Source: Chrysomallon squamiferum
Lineage: Eukaryota; Animalia; Mollusca
Assembly (NCBI GenBank): GCA_012295275.1
Contig: CM022679.1
Span: forward strand, 2,170,001 to 2,234,000
Direction: 5' to 3'
Length of the DNA: 64,000 nt
Shown: positions 1 through 12,821 of the stretch, piece after piece
How positions within the stretch are numbered: position 1 is the stretch's first letter
How the letters are laid out: every line of letters starts with the position of its first letter
Program-made: the position numbers and the translations under genes
The notes under the pieces: model-generated
What the model saw: only the letters and a program-made list of their open reading frames with translations
Database searches by the model: none
Told to the model about the DNA's origin: nothing

Positions 1-106
1 AATTATTAAAATATACAAGTTTATTTAAATATGCCTTTTTTTAACTGCTGACTAAGATTTTGTATGTATATGTATATTTCTGCTTATATATATATTTTTT
101 TCACAG

Positions 107-3100
107 AGATACTGTAGAGTTTGAGACTTCATTCTCTTTTGCTTGTCCAAAGTTTTTGTCTCCAGTTGCTCCAAATTACGACACAGTTGGAAATAGTTTC
201 CATAAAGTAAGTTGCTGAATATAATTTTGAATAAGTGCACAATATACGTAAAACAATTCTTTTTTTATTTCCATAAAAAAATAAATTATATGAGTTTTCA
301 GAGCAGTATCAAGAGCTGTGAATTCTTACAAACATTTTCTGTATTTTTTCTTATTTTTTAAATCAGTAAATAGGTTATGAATTTTTGGTTTAATAATTGA
401 TTTTAATGTTGAGATAAATCCTGTCTGTTGCACACAGTTCAAACACTATTCCCAGGATGTTTTGGAAATATGATGTATATTTCACCTATGTGTATGGAAA
501 ACTCTGGGAAAGTTGTTATTTCAAAAAGTTACGGAAATGTTTAAATTTTTCATGTGTGTATTGTGGATGGTTATATGAGTAACTGACTTTCTTTCAGGAA
601 CCCTTTCAACTTCAGCTGAAAGTGTTTCTAGAGGAAGTAACACAGCAGCATCTAATACCAACCATCAGGAGGTGATTTTTTTATCTATTTAAATTCAACT
701 TAAAGTGAAGCTTCTATTTGTTATTGTTCATCCATCTTTATACTTAACTGTTTTAGAAAAAAACCTGATTCTTTTTAGCTCTGCACAAAAGTGTTTTGCT
801 GGCTTTTTTCTTTGACACAGAAACAGAAGTTTACAAATAAACTGCTTATTCTGAGATCTCTTATTTCAGTTTATAGCAAATAAATACAGACTGAACAAGC
901 ATTTCTGAAATCTGCAGTAATGTTGATTTTTATTACAGCTACCTCAAGCTGTATACTACTCTTCCAATTGCAAAACTAGCAACCTTCATGGACATGGTAA
1001 GTGAAATGCTGTTTATTAAACATTTTAATACATTTAAAAAAAGTGTGTTTTTGATTAGCTAAATCTGTGTACTTTTGTTCATGTTAATTTAAATATGAAA
1101 TAAGTAACATCTATGTACATTATAAAGCAGTGCTGCCTGACGTCCAGCCCACGAAGCCTTAGAATCCGGCCTGCTAGTCAGTCTTCAGTTTATTCCTTAA
1201 TTATTCAATAAAATTGTTTTATTATTGAAATACAAAGCCATTTATTTGAACAAATGTTTTTTTAATCTTGATCAATTGTTAAATTTGTTTTATAGAATGT
1301 ACCATTCTAAATCAAAATTTTTAATGGTCATTTTGTATTCAGGTAATATCTGGAGACTATAATTTTTTGATAGCAGTGAAGAAGTAATATAAATAGTATC
1401 ATATGTAGGACCCCTATGTTTAAATTGAGTTATGAATTATAATTGTATAATGGATAATTTCTATAAATAGAATAATAGAATCAATATTTTCAGTTCTGAA
1501 TACTTTTTCAAACCATTTCAAGTAGTTGTATTAAAAAATGAAAGGCTAGAAATGTGAGTCCGGCCCACTGGCATCGTTTTTTCTTAAATCCAGCCCATGT
1601 TCGGAAAAGGTTGGGCAGCACTGTTATACACACACACACACAGACACACACTGTATATTGTTGGGTTTGTGTGTGTGTGTGTGTGTGTGTCTGTCTGTCT
1701 GTTATATAAGGGTCCAGGTAATATATATATCTGTTTCAGAACTTTTTTTCACATCTAAAATTTTTATTTCAGAGTGAGGAAGAGTTAAGGACACATTTGA
1801 TGTGTTTTAAGGTAAATATAAATTTCACTTGCTATCCACTGAAAACTTATGACCTGATATTGTTTTTAGTAGTTGTTTTATTTGCAATGTGTATTTTAAA
1901 GATAAATAGTAATGTGTGGAAAACTGATCATTTTAGAGATAAAAACAGGAATTTTTTTTATTATTTTGTTTTTGTATTTTACTTTAAAAACAGACCAGAA
2001 AATTGTTACAAAGATTATTGTACATATTCAACAGATATTCATATTTACTTTCACGGTTTGTTGTTTTTATTTGGGAGAGAGATCAGGGACAGCCGTAACT
2101 TTTTTTCATAGATAAGAAGGGAATGGGAATGGGAGATAGTAAACTAGTTTCATTAAAGCACATCATGTCTCCTCTGTGCTAATTAACAATCAGTTGTGGT
2201 TACTACTGCTTAATCATTGAGAGTACTAACTAATTCTAAAGGATTTTCTCTGTTACATTTGACCCAACCATATGTGTGACTGACTGTAACACTATCAGAG
2301 TCAAATAAAACATCCCAGAGTTATTAACATTAATCAGAATAAACTAAGTAGATACTGAAGAAACAAATCAGCGATGTCCTGAATTTCTGCAGTTTAGTTT
2401 TTTAACCAAATGTGGGGCATTTATCTGCAATATGTGCTCATTTGAGTTAGATTTGACCAAGTTATTTATGTTGCCCCTAGACTCCCTACCATTCACACAT
2501 TTTTGTTTACAGCATAAAATGAAGAACATGGTATGGACGAAGGGTACCAGTGGTCTAGATGGTGAATTTCAGTCAGCTTCTGAAGTGGATTTCTACATTG
2601 ACAAGGTATAAAGAGAACATTTTGCCATTCCAGAAATTAAAATCTTCTGTTTTTAGATAGATGTATATTTTGTTTGTTGGTTAACTTTTTCTGCTACCTA
2701 TTCACAAAACCAGACGTTACCCAGTACATCATCAAAATTTCTCAGTTAATTGCAGATTTTAATATTCATTCATTGTGACCATATTGAAAAATAAATTTTA
2801 AATCTGATAATATTAGTTTCTTGTACAGAATTTGAATATTTAAATGTAAAAGTTGTTATATAAATCTGAGAATAGTTAGAATTTTGTATTTGTTATTTGC
2901 TTTAAGGATATGATTCACATAGCAGACACAAAAGTGGCCAGACGATACGGAGATTTCTTTATCCGACAGATCCACAAGTTTGAAGAGGTAACAGTAGTTT
3001 GTCTCTTATGTATTTTTTATTGTCTTCCACGTGCCAGTTTCCATTAGATTACTTTTCAGAGATACAAAATCATATAAAAGGTTAGTCAGTCAAAGTGATA

Positions 3101-3458
3101 ATTATTTGCATTATATGTTTATTTATCCTTTATGAGTCCCAAATATTCAACAGTGTTGTTACATCAGCTGGCATTTTGGAGTTACACAACCAGGCAGAAT
3201 TTATTCTATTTCAAGAACAAAAAAAAAATGTGAGCTGTTAAGTCAGTTTTGATATTATGCTAAAAATAGCTTTGTATATTTAAATATACATTTTTAACAT
3301 TTCTGTGACTGATGCTTATTACTCTGAAACATCCAACTGTGCATTTCAGTTTAGAAAATAAATAAACAAATAAATTGTAACTTCAACTTCTATGTAGAAT
3401 GTAATTATTTTTATCATTGCTTTATTTTCAGATAACAAGAAATTTAAAAGTTCTCTGA
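107..3458 (+). CDS. EIF3L: Eukaryotic translation initiation factor 3 subunit L, 3' part (5' end outside window)
   Basis: Seven GT-AG exons in phase: 107-206, 598-671, 939-996, 1773-1811, 2513-2605, 2907-2987, 3432-3458 (TGA). Translation includes [29 protein letters not shown] and [58 protein letters not shown], the conserved eIF3L C-terminus. AATAAA at 3565-3570. Confidence 0.97.
1128..1623. mobile_element. hAT (Charlie-like) MITE in an eIF3L intron
   Basis: Terminal inverted repeats CAGTGCTGCCTGAC / GTTGGGCAGCACTG; subterminal (T)CCGGCCC/TCCAGCCC motifs at both ends; degenerate 8-bp TSD TTATAAAG (1120-1127) / TTATACAC (1624-1631). Confidence 0.75.
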
Positions 3459-4129
3459 AAAATGAAGATCATATTGGATGTGAAATTATTTTAAGTGAAG
3501 AAAAATACAAGCTGTTCTAATGACAACAAAAGAATTAACTAAAAAAAAAATCAAACAAACCTGGAATAAATTTCATCTGTATGTTGTTTATAAGTTATCA
3601 GTTGTGTAATTAAATGGATAAAAAATTTCCCTGTGTTTTGAACCACTGTATAGTTTTCATTCTTTTAAATAACTCATCAAGTTTCTGAATTAACATATTT
3701 GACACAACATCTGAATGTGTGAACAATGTTGTTGAAGGTAAAATATGTTTAACAGATTTGCTAGATATCATTCGTACAAGAAGAATGGGGCAAATCTCCA
3801 TAATGATCCAAAAACATGTTTAGACACTAATAAAAATAATAACAACAATAGCAACAATACTATAAGAAGAAACAACTTTACCAAAAGACATTACACACGC
3901 ACAAATAAAATATCCAAGTAAAATTAAATATATTACAAAATTCAGATAAAAGTCATAAAACTTTGATTAAAAGTACTTCACTTTACTTCCTCAAATGTTT
4001 TTATTATTATTTTTTTTTATAAATCATAAATAATTGCCTATTTACAATTAGCTCTGTAAGTCAAATAAAATATTTACTTTACTAATAATGTACATATTGA
4101 AATAATAACTACAATAATAATAATAAATA

Positions 4130-4245
4130 AATTAAAAAACGAAATGAAAGTAAGAAGCTAAGAAGACAAAAAATATAAATAAAATATTTACTAATGAAGA
4201 ATAAATATATTAAAAGAAAAGCAATCTAGCAGCTAAAATTAGTCA

Positions 4246-4276
<31 letters not shown>

Positions 4277-4496
4277 GTACGAACGTTTCACTTTATGGTG
4301 TAAGGGAAATAATTCATGATGAGAACAAAACATTAAAGTGATAAGAGTTGTCTCGCTTAGACCATTAAACATATATCTCAATAATAATTTAAAAAGCAAA
4401 ATGAATAACAAAAGTAAGAGAAACTAAGAAAGCAAAAATATAAATATTTAATAACGAGGAATGAATTTAAAAGAAATGTAATCTAGCAGATGAAAT

Positions 4497-4531
<35 letters not shown>

Positions 4532-5145
4532 ACTGTACGAAGTTTTCACTTTATGGTGTAAGGGAAATAATTCATGATGAAAACAAAACTTTAAAGAGAT
4601 TAGAGTTGTCTCGCTTAGACCATTAAACATATATCTCATAATGATAATTATATTTAAAAAACAAAATAAATAACAAAAGTAAGAGAAACTAACAAGACAA
4701 AAAATATTTAATAAAGAAGAATGAAATCTATCAGAAATGTAATCTTGCAGCTGAAATTAGAAAAAAAAGATAAATGTACGAACTTTTCGCTTTTATGGTG
4801 TAAGGGAAATAATTCATGATGAAAACAAAACTTTAAAGAGATTAGAGTTGTCTCGCTTAGACCATAAAACATATATCTCATAATAATAATAATAAATTAA
4901 TTAATTTAAGAAACAAAATGAATAACAAAAGTAATCTGAGAAGACAAAAAATATAAATAAAAATATTTAATAACGAAGAATGAAATCTAAAAGAAATGTA
5001 ATCTAGCAGCTGAAATTAGTAAAGAAAATGACGAATGCGCTTTATGGTGTAAGGGAAATAATTCATGATGAAAAAAAAAAACGCGATATTAGAGTTGTCT
5101 CGCTTAGACCATTAAACATGCATCTCGTAATGATAATAATAATAT
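4130..5145. repeat. Tandem array of four ~250-bp units between the eIF3L and CARHSP1 3' ends
   Basis: ATGGTGTAAGGGAAATAATTCATGATGA starts at 4295, 4553, 4795 and 5044 (spacing 258, 242, 249). Each unit also carries AGAGTTGTCTCGCTTAGACCAT and an A-rich, more variable remainder. Confidence 0.95.
4292..5115. ncRNA. Candidate cluster of four pre-miRNA-like hairpins (4292-4368, 4550-4626, 4792-4868, 5041-5115)
   Basis: In each unit TTTATGGTGTAAGGGAAATAATTC pairs with GAGTTGTCTCGCTTAGACCAT(T/A)AA across a 27-29 nt variable loop. The arms are invariant apart from one basal position. No expression evidence; strand undetermined. Confidence 0.35.
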
Positions 5146-5225
5146 TATTATTTTGATACTTTTAACATGTTGATGTGAGAGGGTAGTTGGTTGTGTTTGT
5201 TGTTTTTTTGTTTTTTTTTTGTTTG

Positions 5226-5277
<52 letters not shown>

Positions 5278-5847
5278 GCCTATTTTGTATAATAACAGGC
5301 ATGGAAAAATCAATTACTTTATCTGCCGTGTTGCTCATATGATTTGCTGCATTAATAATCAGTGTAGCAAAATTTATTCCTTTCTGTTTCAAAAGGTCCT
5401 ACATTAGATATTTATTTTATTTTACTTTTTAAATACTTATTATTGTTATTGTTATTATTATTATTATTATTATTACTGATAGTAGTAGTTGTAGTAATAG
5501 TGGTGGTAGTATTAGTAATAGTAATAGTAGTGGAGATAATTGCAGAAGTATTTTTTCTTCTTACAAAAGTAATGAAATATATTTTACAAAATGCATATTT
5601 AATTACATTTAACAGATGTCTCTTCACAAGGCCATGCAGTGCCTCCCATTTGATTCAAGGCAGTGTTGGCTCAATATACAAGCAGCTTTTAAACAACACA
5701 TTTAAAATTAAAATAACGACAGAAATAAAAATAACGACACACACAAAAAGTTGCTGAATCAGTTATTTAATATATATTTTTTCCATTTCATATATTTACA
5801 ACATTTACAAATATATTTATAATACTACAAGAAATAATGCACACAGC

Positions 5848-5947
5848 CAGATTAGAAATAATGTAGACAAATTAAAACAGGGACAGATTAGAAATAATGT
5901 AGACAAATTTAAACAGGGACATATCAGAAATAATGTAGACAAATTTT
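5848..5947. repeat. 36-bp minisatellite, ~2.8 copies
   Basis: CAGATTAGAAATAATGTAGACAAATT(A/T)AAACAGGGA-like units at 5848, 5884 and 5920. Confidence 0.9.
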
Positions 5948-8900
5948 TAAATATTTGTTTACATTCGTCTAACAGACAGACATACTGTATGACTTGTGAT
6001 TCCAGTCTGGAAATTTAATTTTCTGTTAACATAAGCTGAAGAGTGGAAGTTCATGGCTTGGTATTTGAGTTGTTAATCTGTCTACATTTTCTGTTAACAA
6101 ATGCCTAAAAGAGAAAGCACATAGTTTGGTATTTCAAAGAGATTTCATAGACTGGGATTTCAATCTGAAAAGTGTGATTTTCTGTTAATATTTGGGTAAT
6201 GGTGACCCACCCAACATTAACATTTGAATGCATCTACATCTAGCCATGAAAACAACTGAGTACAGAATTATTTTAAAAACATGCTGAGGACTAAACTTAA
6301 ACAAAATATTATCAAACTAAATTATTATGTTTATTAAATCCACCAAAAACATCTAAAACTATTCAGTAAATGCTAAGAGAAAAGTTGTGTACAAAAAGTT
6401 TCTGCATATCAAAGCTTTACTACATCTGGGCATAAAATCTTATTTTAATAATAATTATAATTTGCTAATTTGATGTGAAAGAAGAAATATTATTGAAAAA
6501 ATAATAACAAAATACAGGAATCAAATATATAAAATAAAAAAAATTAAAAAAAAATAATAAACATGAAAGGAAAAAAAATAAAGGTCTTACAAAGCAATAT
6601 ATACTTGTTTATATAGATTTAAAAAAACTCAAAACTATCTACATCAGTATGAAAATATATCTTTCTTAGATAAATAAAAACTGGTGCAAACCTCAAGCTC
6701 ATTATCAGAAAATCAATTTCTGAAATTGATGCATTTCCATATTCTCTATTTTCATACCCTGATCATCAACATCCAACCTGAACCAAGTTATTTATTTTTA
6801 TTATGAAAATAGATAAATTGATGCTATTTAATACTATATTCTGAGGTAGATTTTAATTTTAACATAATTATTATTATTAAAGAAAGATGTATGTGAATGA
6901 TGAAAATTTCCAAACTGTTAATTGCAAAAACACAAAAATTATAACAAAAATTCCTATCTGATCAAACATAAAAAATAAAAATTACCCAAAACATGAGATT
7001 ATACAAATACTCTGTCATAACAGATAGGTCAAAATCTAAATACACTGTGTTCTAAAGTATTATTTCATATTTCAAATTTAGTTACTTGATATAGTAAACA
7101 ATTTTTGTCCCTTACACAATAGTATAAAAATAGGATATGATTTTAGTTATGCAAAACAGAAAATAACGTAACAAATTTGACAATTTATATATATATTTTT
7201 AAAACTATTTATGAAAGTAGAAATAAAATTTAAGGTACAAATTTGTTTAACAAATAACAGAAAATAGTTTTGCCTGTTCTAACAGAATAAAGTTACTTGT
7301 AGCTTTCTGTTTCCAGTAATCTCAGAAAAACACAATCTAACCCTCATTAAAATGCCAAACTTTTTAACCAATTGTGTGTATGCGTTTGGTTTCCCCTGCA
7401 CACACCATCCTACATCACAAATATAAATTTACTGAATTTGTAGATATACCCAGGTTTGGAGAAGATTTAACTCAGAATACTATAAAAGCACTGACAGAAG
7501 ATATAACACTGTTTATTGAAATCAGTAATTTGATTTTATCAACAAATAATTTAAACTTTATTTTGTCAGAAATGTGCAAAGCTACAGTTTAAACACTAAC
7601 ATTTTCACAGTGAGTATTACAAATAAATGTTTCAGGCTTTAAAAATGCAGTTAGTTTTTACATTTAAAGTATATTCATGTTAAGATATAGCAAATACTTC
7701 CATTTTCTTTCTTCTTATTATTATTGTTAAACTAATCCAGATAGGCTTTCTAATAACAAAGTATGACAATCCTTCATATCATATACATAAATATTGCAAA
7801 TTATACTGCCAACACTGAGTTGAAATAATTTTTACTCCAAGATCAAAGCATGAGCTGTGATGAAAACTAAGCAACAACAAAACAGCATTTTCTGTTTATA
7901 GGCAATGCCAGCTGGAGAAAAACTTGAGCTTATCAACAAATATATAACATACTTTAACAATAAAAATTAAATTTTTTTTTTTATTTATTTATAATTATAT
8001 ATATGTATATATAAGAAGAAAAAAAAGTATTAAAATGATTTTGAGTCCCTACATAATTAAGTATAACAGTTCAAATTTTCAAATAACAATAAAGATATAC
8101 TTTTGACAACTATGCAAATAAAATATCACAAAACAAGCCAGTAATGAAAAGTAAATTTTCTTGATGGATGTATTACAGAATATTACAAATACCTGTGATG
8201 TAAATGTGTACCAACATTACTTAAACATAAATTCTGTATAAAGAAGTTGGTTTTCATCAAAGCAGTAAACAGTGATTAGGATTTATTATAATAATAAATA
8301 CATAAATAAAGATAGATAATAATTAGAATAAAGATGAAATATTTTAACCATGATGCTAAGATGTAAACTCTGTAGTTTTCTTTTTCTCACAATATTTAAT
8401 ATCACATTTCTATTTATTATTATTTTTTAACTTATTTATTTATTGTATTATTATTATTTTTTTATTTTACTGTTTTTTTTTTGTTTTTTTTTTATCATAA
8501 TAAAAACATATTATGATCCAAACTTTATGTATACGAAACAACAAAGATTACAAACAAAGAGAAAAGAAACCCACAAAATAACAATTTGAACAAAAAACAA
8601 TCCTAGAGTAATAAGAATAAATACTGGAAATGTAACAAATATTCTGGTAACTTAATTCCTAAATTTCTGACAGTAATCTACTGAATTTTTGTTTCCTTTA
8701 CTGTTTAACATTATTTTATCTTACAGTGACTGATGTAAACTTAATATTTAATACGAAAGAAGATTAAAATAAATCTTAACTACAACCAGAACATCATCAT
8801 ATATCTATTTTCTTAGTTTGTTTTAAGATTATTTAATTTTTTAAATCACATTTTAATTAAAACTCAGCCTTTCTAATACTTAATAATTAAATTTATAGTT

Positions 8901-9426
8901 TGGCTCAATTTAAATGTTTTTCTATGATAAAAATTACATTATTCAAAAAGAACATTTTGAATGATATTTTCTAATATTTAATGGGACTTGAAAATAGATA
9001 CAGACAGGTCTATCCACCATTTTCTTTATTATTAGTTATTATTCTATGAATCACAAGCAGCAATACATTCAATCAACAAATCATGAGTAATACAAAATCA
9101 TGCACCAATCACAGCACACGTTACAAATTCCTCAACCAATGACATTTTGTTACCGATATTATTAGTTTAGTAACAGTTTAAAATGACACTGCTAACTAAG
9201 GGTTAATGAACTTAGTGGCATAAAACAAAACTGATTCAAACACTACTTCTACTTTTTTTAAATTTATGACTTAGAATAAAAATAAGTCCTGTACATTATT
9301 GTTACTGTTAAAATGTATTTTCACTATGTGACTTGTATCATTAAAATAATCTGGTCGTATTTTACTGCTGGAGTAAACTGGAGCAAATTATTTAGTCTGC
9401 ACATCAAGATGGAGTCATAATATTTA

Positions 9427-9686
9427 CAGGGTGAGATTTCCCATACAGGCTTTCTAGGCTAGTGCCTAGGGCAGCAGTTCATGTTACATAAATTTGTATT
9501 TTGACATTTGATTTATAAGTAAATCATTATGTAAATGTAAAACCATGTTTTTGCTTTCAACTAGATCATAAGTTATATTCATGTTATATAAACTAAGTGG
9601 GAAGGGTGAGGTGGACTTGAGCCTTGAGGACGGGGTGATAAAAAGTCTTTAGCCTATGGGTGGCAAGCAGATTAAATCCAACCCTG
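9427..9686. mobile_element. hAT-type MITE, 260 bp
   Basis: TIRs CAGGGTGAGATTT / AAATCCAACCCTG; 8-bp TSD AATATTTA (9419-9426) / AATATGTA (9687-9694), 7 of 8 identical; subterminal GCCTA(G/T)GG motifs at both ends. Confidence 0.75.
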
Positions 9687-10394
9687 AATATGTATGGTTT
9701 TATTCCTTGCAAACAATAATTGTAATCTTTAAAATATTAATATCAATTTCTACCAATCTGAAAAATCAAATCTTTCCCCGTGTGCGTGTGTGAATTTTGT
9801 TATTATTATTATTTCATTTTCTCTTCTTCTTCCTTTTCTTTTAATTTAAAATTTTTTAAACTCAACTAATATTCAGTCATCTGCTAACCTTGATTTATGT
9901 TGAATCCTTATTTTGCTTTTATTTTCTTCAAGGATTTGATTAGGAAACAAAATCTCATCTTTTGGGTAGAAATCTGTTTTGATGCATGTGTTAGAAAAAT
10001 AAGTTTTATGCTTCAAACTGGTTCTCTTTAAACAGAACCTTAATTTTTTTTAATACAACTGTTTAAAACAGACACACTTCTTTGTTAGCGCAAATCACAT
10101 AGTGAGAACACACCTTTATACAAGACTAAAATCTCAAACAGTCATGTAAGTATGTGGACTGACGTCTTGTGTATTTTACACCCATAACAAATTAAATTGT
10201 GTGCACTCCTGTACAAGCAGTTTTTTTTATGTTTCTTTTAAATTAAAATAGGCACAAACTGGTGTGAATATGCATGAGAAAATGTCAACACTTAGACTGT
10301 GTAATATCTATAACTGTACTCTTGAATGTTTTTATTTTGAAAATCAAACACCACCAAATATTGTAAGACCAGGTAAGAAGTATTTCTTCAGCAT

Positions 10395-10435
<41 letters not shown>

Positions 10436-10687
10436 AGATTTGAACAGGTGTAATAAGACGTGAAAAATAGTTTGAGATAAAGAGATGGCTTGCTACAGAG
10501 TTTGATCATACTTCTATGCATATCAGGTGATGTCTGGGTGTTACGCACAGTGTCCATACCATACCCCAATAAAGGCATCTGACATGTTCTGAATATTGTA
10601 AACATGATCCTCTTTGGTGTTACAGATGGACAAAAAAAAAAAAAAAAATGAAAAAAGAATAAAAAAGAAGAAATATTTCACAAAGTG

Positions 10688-12821
10688 TCAGTCAATAAGC
10701 TGTGACTTTTCTGACGACGGGCTCATCTGGACAGGCGCGTCCCACCTCTCGTGAGTGACCCCGGGGGCCAAGTGGGTGATGTTCACGTGCACGGCTTGCT
10801 GCTTCTCATTGCGTGGCGGGATTGTCACTGTCTTGTACGTGACCTCATCTCCCGGCTTCGGCACATACTCTCCATCAATACTGCAAAAACAGAACCAGTC
10901 TACATTTTACATATCACGTTATCATATGAATAAAAGTGTCTTATACATTCTGGTTTATCCTGACCCACACGAGCAAACATTTGTGGGCTAGAAGGAACTG
11001 TCAGCTAAAATGAAAAGTAGACAGCATTTTCTGTTCAAGTACAGAAAACACTGAAGTGTCAGTGAAACTGTTTGAGACAATCTACACTGCTGTTATCAGG
11101 CTGCTGGACCAAGAACCCATCAAAACAGTCAGAAATGACTGGTATGTAGTGTGTAATTTAAAATCACAAAACGTTCATAAATAAAAATAAAAGGTTCCTC
11201 GTACTTTACACCATCAATCAAATGCAGTCTGAAATATGCTTGGTTATCAAATTTTTATTTTTGATTGTGTAGCATTTTCACAAAATGTCGGAAAATTCAA
11301 AAATGAGTTATTAGTACCACAAGAAAGAGTATCCTTTCTACTTTTTTACGGCACATCATAATTGTAGACCCATCAGTCCTAAAAGGAGTTACGGGATAGA
11401 AACCGTAAAACAAGAACTCGGCTTTCAAAGTATTTGGTTCATTTTGGAGTATTTACTGTAATTGCCATGGACAGATTTTGATCATTTACAGGAAAATCCC
11501 AACACTGATGGATTCACCTTTCTTTTTCATCAAAAAAACAGCTTTTATTCACAATGTGTTTTGCAGAATTCATTTAGTTAAAATTCGACATAAATGTTTT
11601 TTTCCTGAGTTGTATTTGTATATAGGTACAACTACTAAACTATAAAATGGCTGACTTACTCTGAGATGTGAACAAAGATGGGGTCAGGCGAGCCGTCGTC
11701 AGGAATAATGAAGCCGTGGCCCTGCTGTCTGCAGAACGTCTTCACCCGGCCTTTGTGGGTCGGTCCACTCAGGGCGCGCTCAGACCTGAAACAAACAACC
11801 TCAACTTTTAAAATGTCATTTGTCACAACCTTTCCCACTAATAAAGTATAATTATAAAACAGCTAGCTTGAGGTGAATTTTGTTTTGTTCTGTGACACAC
11901 ACACACACATATAAATAATAATGGTGACATTTAAAAAGTATTAAATTTTTTCTTTTTCACTCAACAAAATTGTTTTCACTTGGTAAAACAGAACTGAGTA
12001 ACTTCATGTAGTTATTTTGAAACTGTAATTGCTGACACAGATATCATCTATACCACTACCTTTTAATACAAGACATAACAATTATTTTTCTTCTACTCAT
12101 TTTGTTTTTCTGTATTTACATTTATACATATTATTCAAGGAAACCTCTGAGGCTGTGTATAAAATATTAAGAAAATTATTATCAGTTGTAAAATTAAGAA
12201 TGACAGAAACCGGAGTGTCATATTGGAAGTATACAAATGTAATGAGATCGCACATCAAACATCTGAAAACAGTAAAACTGATTTAGACATTACTTAACAT
12301 GTCCCATTTTAGATTAATTCCAACATGATTTTATGTTTTACCATGAAAGTAAAGCTTGTACTGTTAACTATACTGATTATTTAATTACTAGTAGCAAATT
12401 AATCATTAACAATGATCATGAAATTAAGAATTTTATCACAAAAGTGTGATGACTGCTAGAAATGTCAAAACGTTAGAAACTGTATTTAATTTGTTTTAGA
12501 TGTTGGATCAGTCACAGTAACAAATATTTTTCTTTTTAGAATTATCTTTGCTTTTTTTCTTTTAAATTAGTTGATTTTTATGTTTTTAAATTAATATTTA
12601 TAGTTCCAAAATATGAATGTTTTAATTAAATTTTTATCTCTACATATTATAATTGTATTTACAACTTTTACAAAAAATTCTTACGCAGAGTATGTTCGAG
12701 ATCTACGGGTTGGAACAGGACTAGGAATTAAAAACTTGTGCCCAGAGTCTGTTGGAGACTCGCCCATGCTTGTCCTGTGACCCACGGTCGGGTGAGGGAT
12801 ATCTTTAGGAGCAGACGACAT
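10688..12821 (-). CDS. CARHSP1: Calcium-regulated heat-stable protein 1 / CSDC2 family cold-shock-domain RNA-binding protein, 151 aa
   Basis: Exons 12821-12685, 11785-11660, 10880-10688 join in frame (456 nt). Protein has [32 protein letters not shown] (RNP1), IFVHISDIDGEYVP (RNP2), GDEVTY and HERWD. The ATG exon is preceded by an acceptor at 12847-12848, so a non-coding first exon lies upstream (candidate donor at 13512-13513). Confidence 0.95.

Noticed and set aside
4130-5145. CRISPR-like array, C/D snoRNA cluster (ATGATGA C box) or Pol III genes (A-box-like TGGTCTAAGCG on minus)
   Set aside because: The inter-repeat sequences are homologous to each other rather than unique spacers, and the context is eukaryotic with no cas genes. 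There is no conserved CTGA D box downstream of the ATGATGA. The B box is poor, and internal T-runs would terminate Pol III.
5104-5757. ORFs with poly-I/N/L/T tracts
   Set aside because: Translations of (TAT)n and (TAG)n microsatellites; no splice context or homology.
10751-10991. Plus-strand ORFs of 60 and 78 aa
   Set aside because: Antisense shadows of the GC-rich last CARHSP1 exon.
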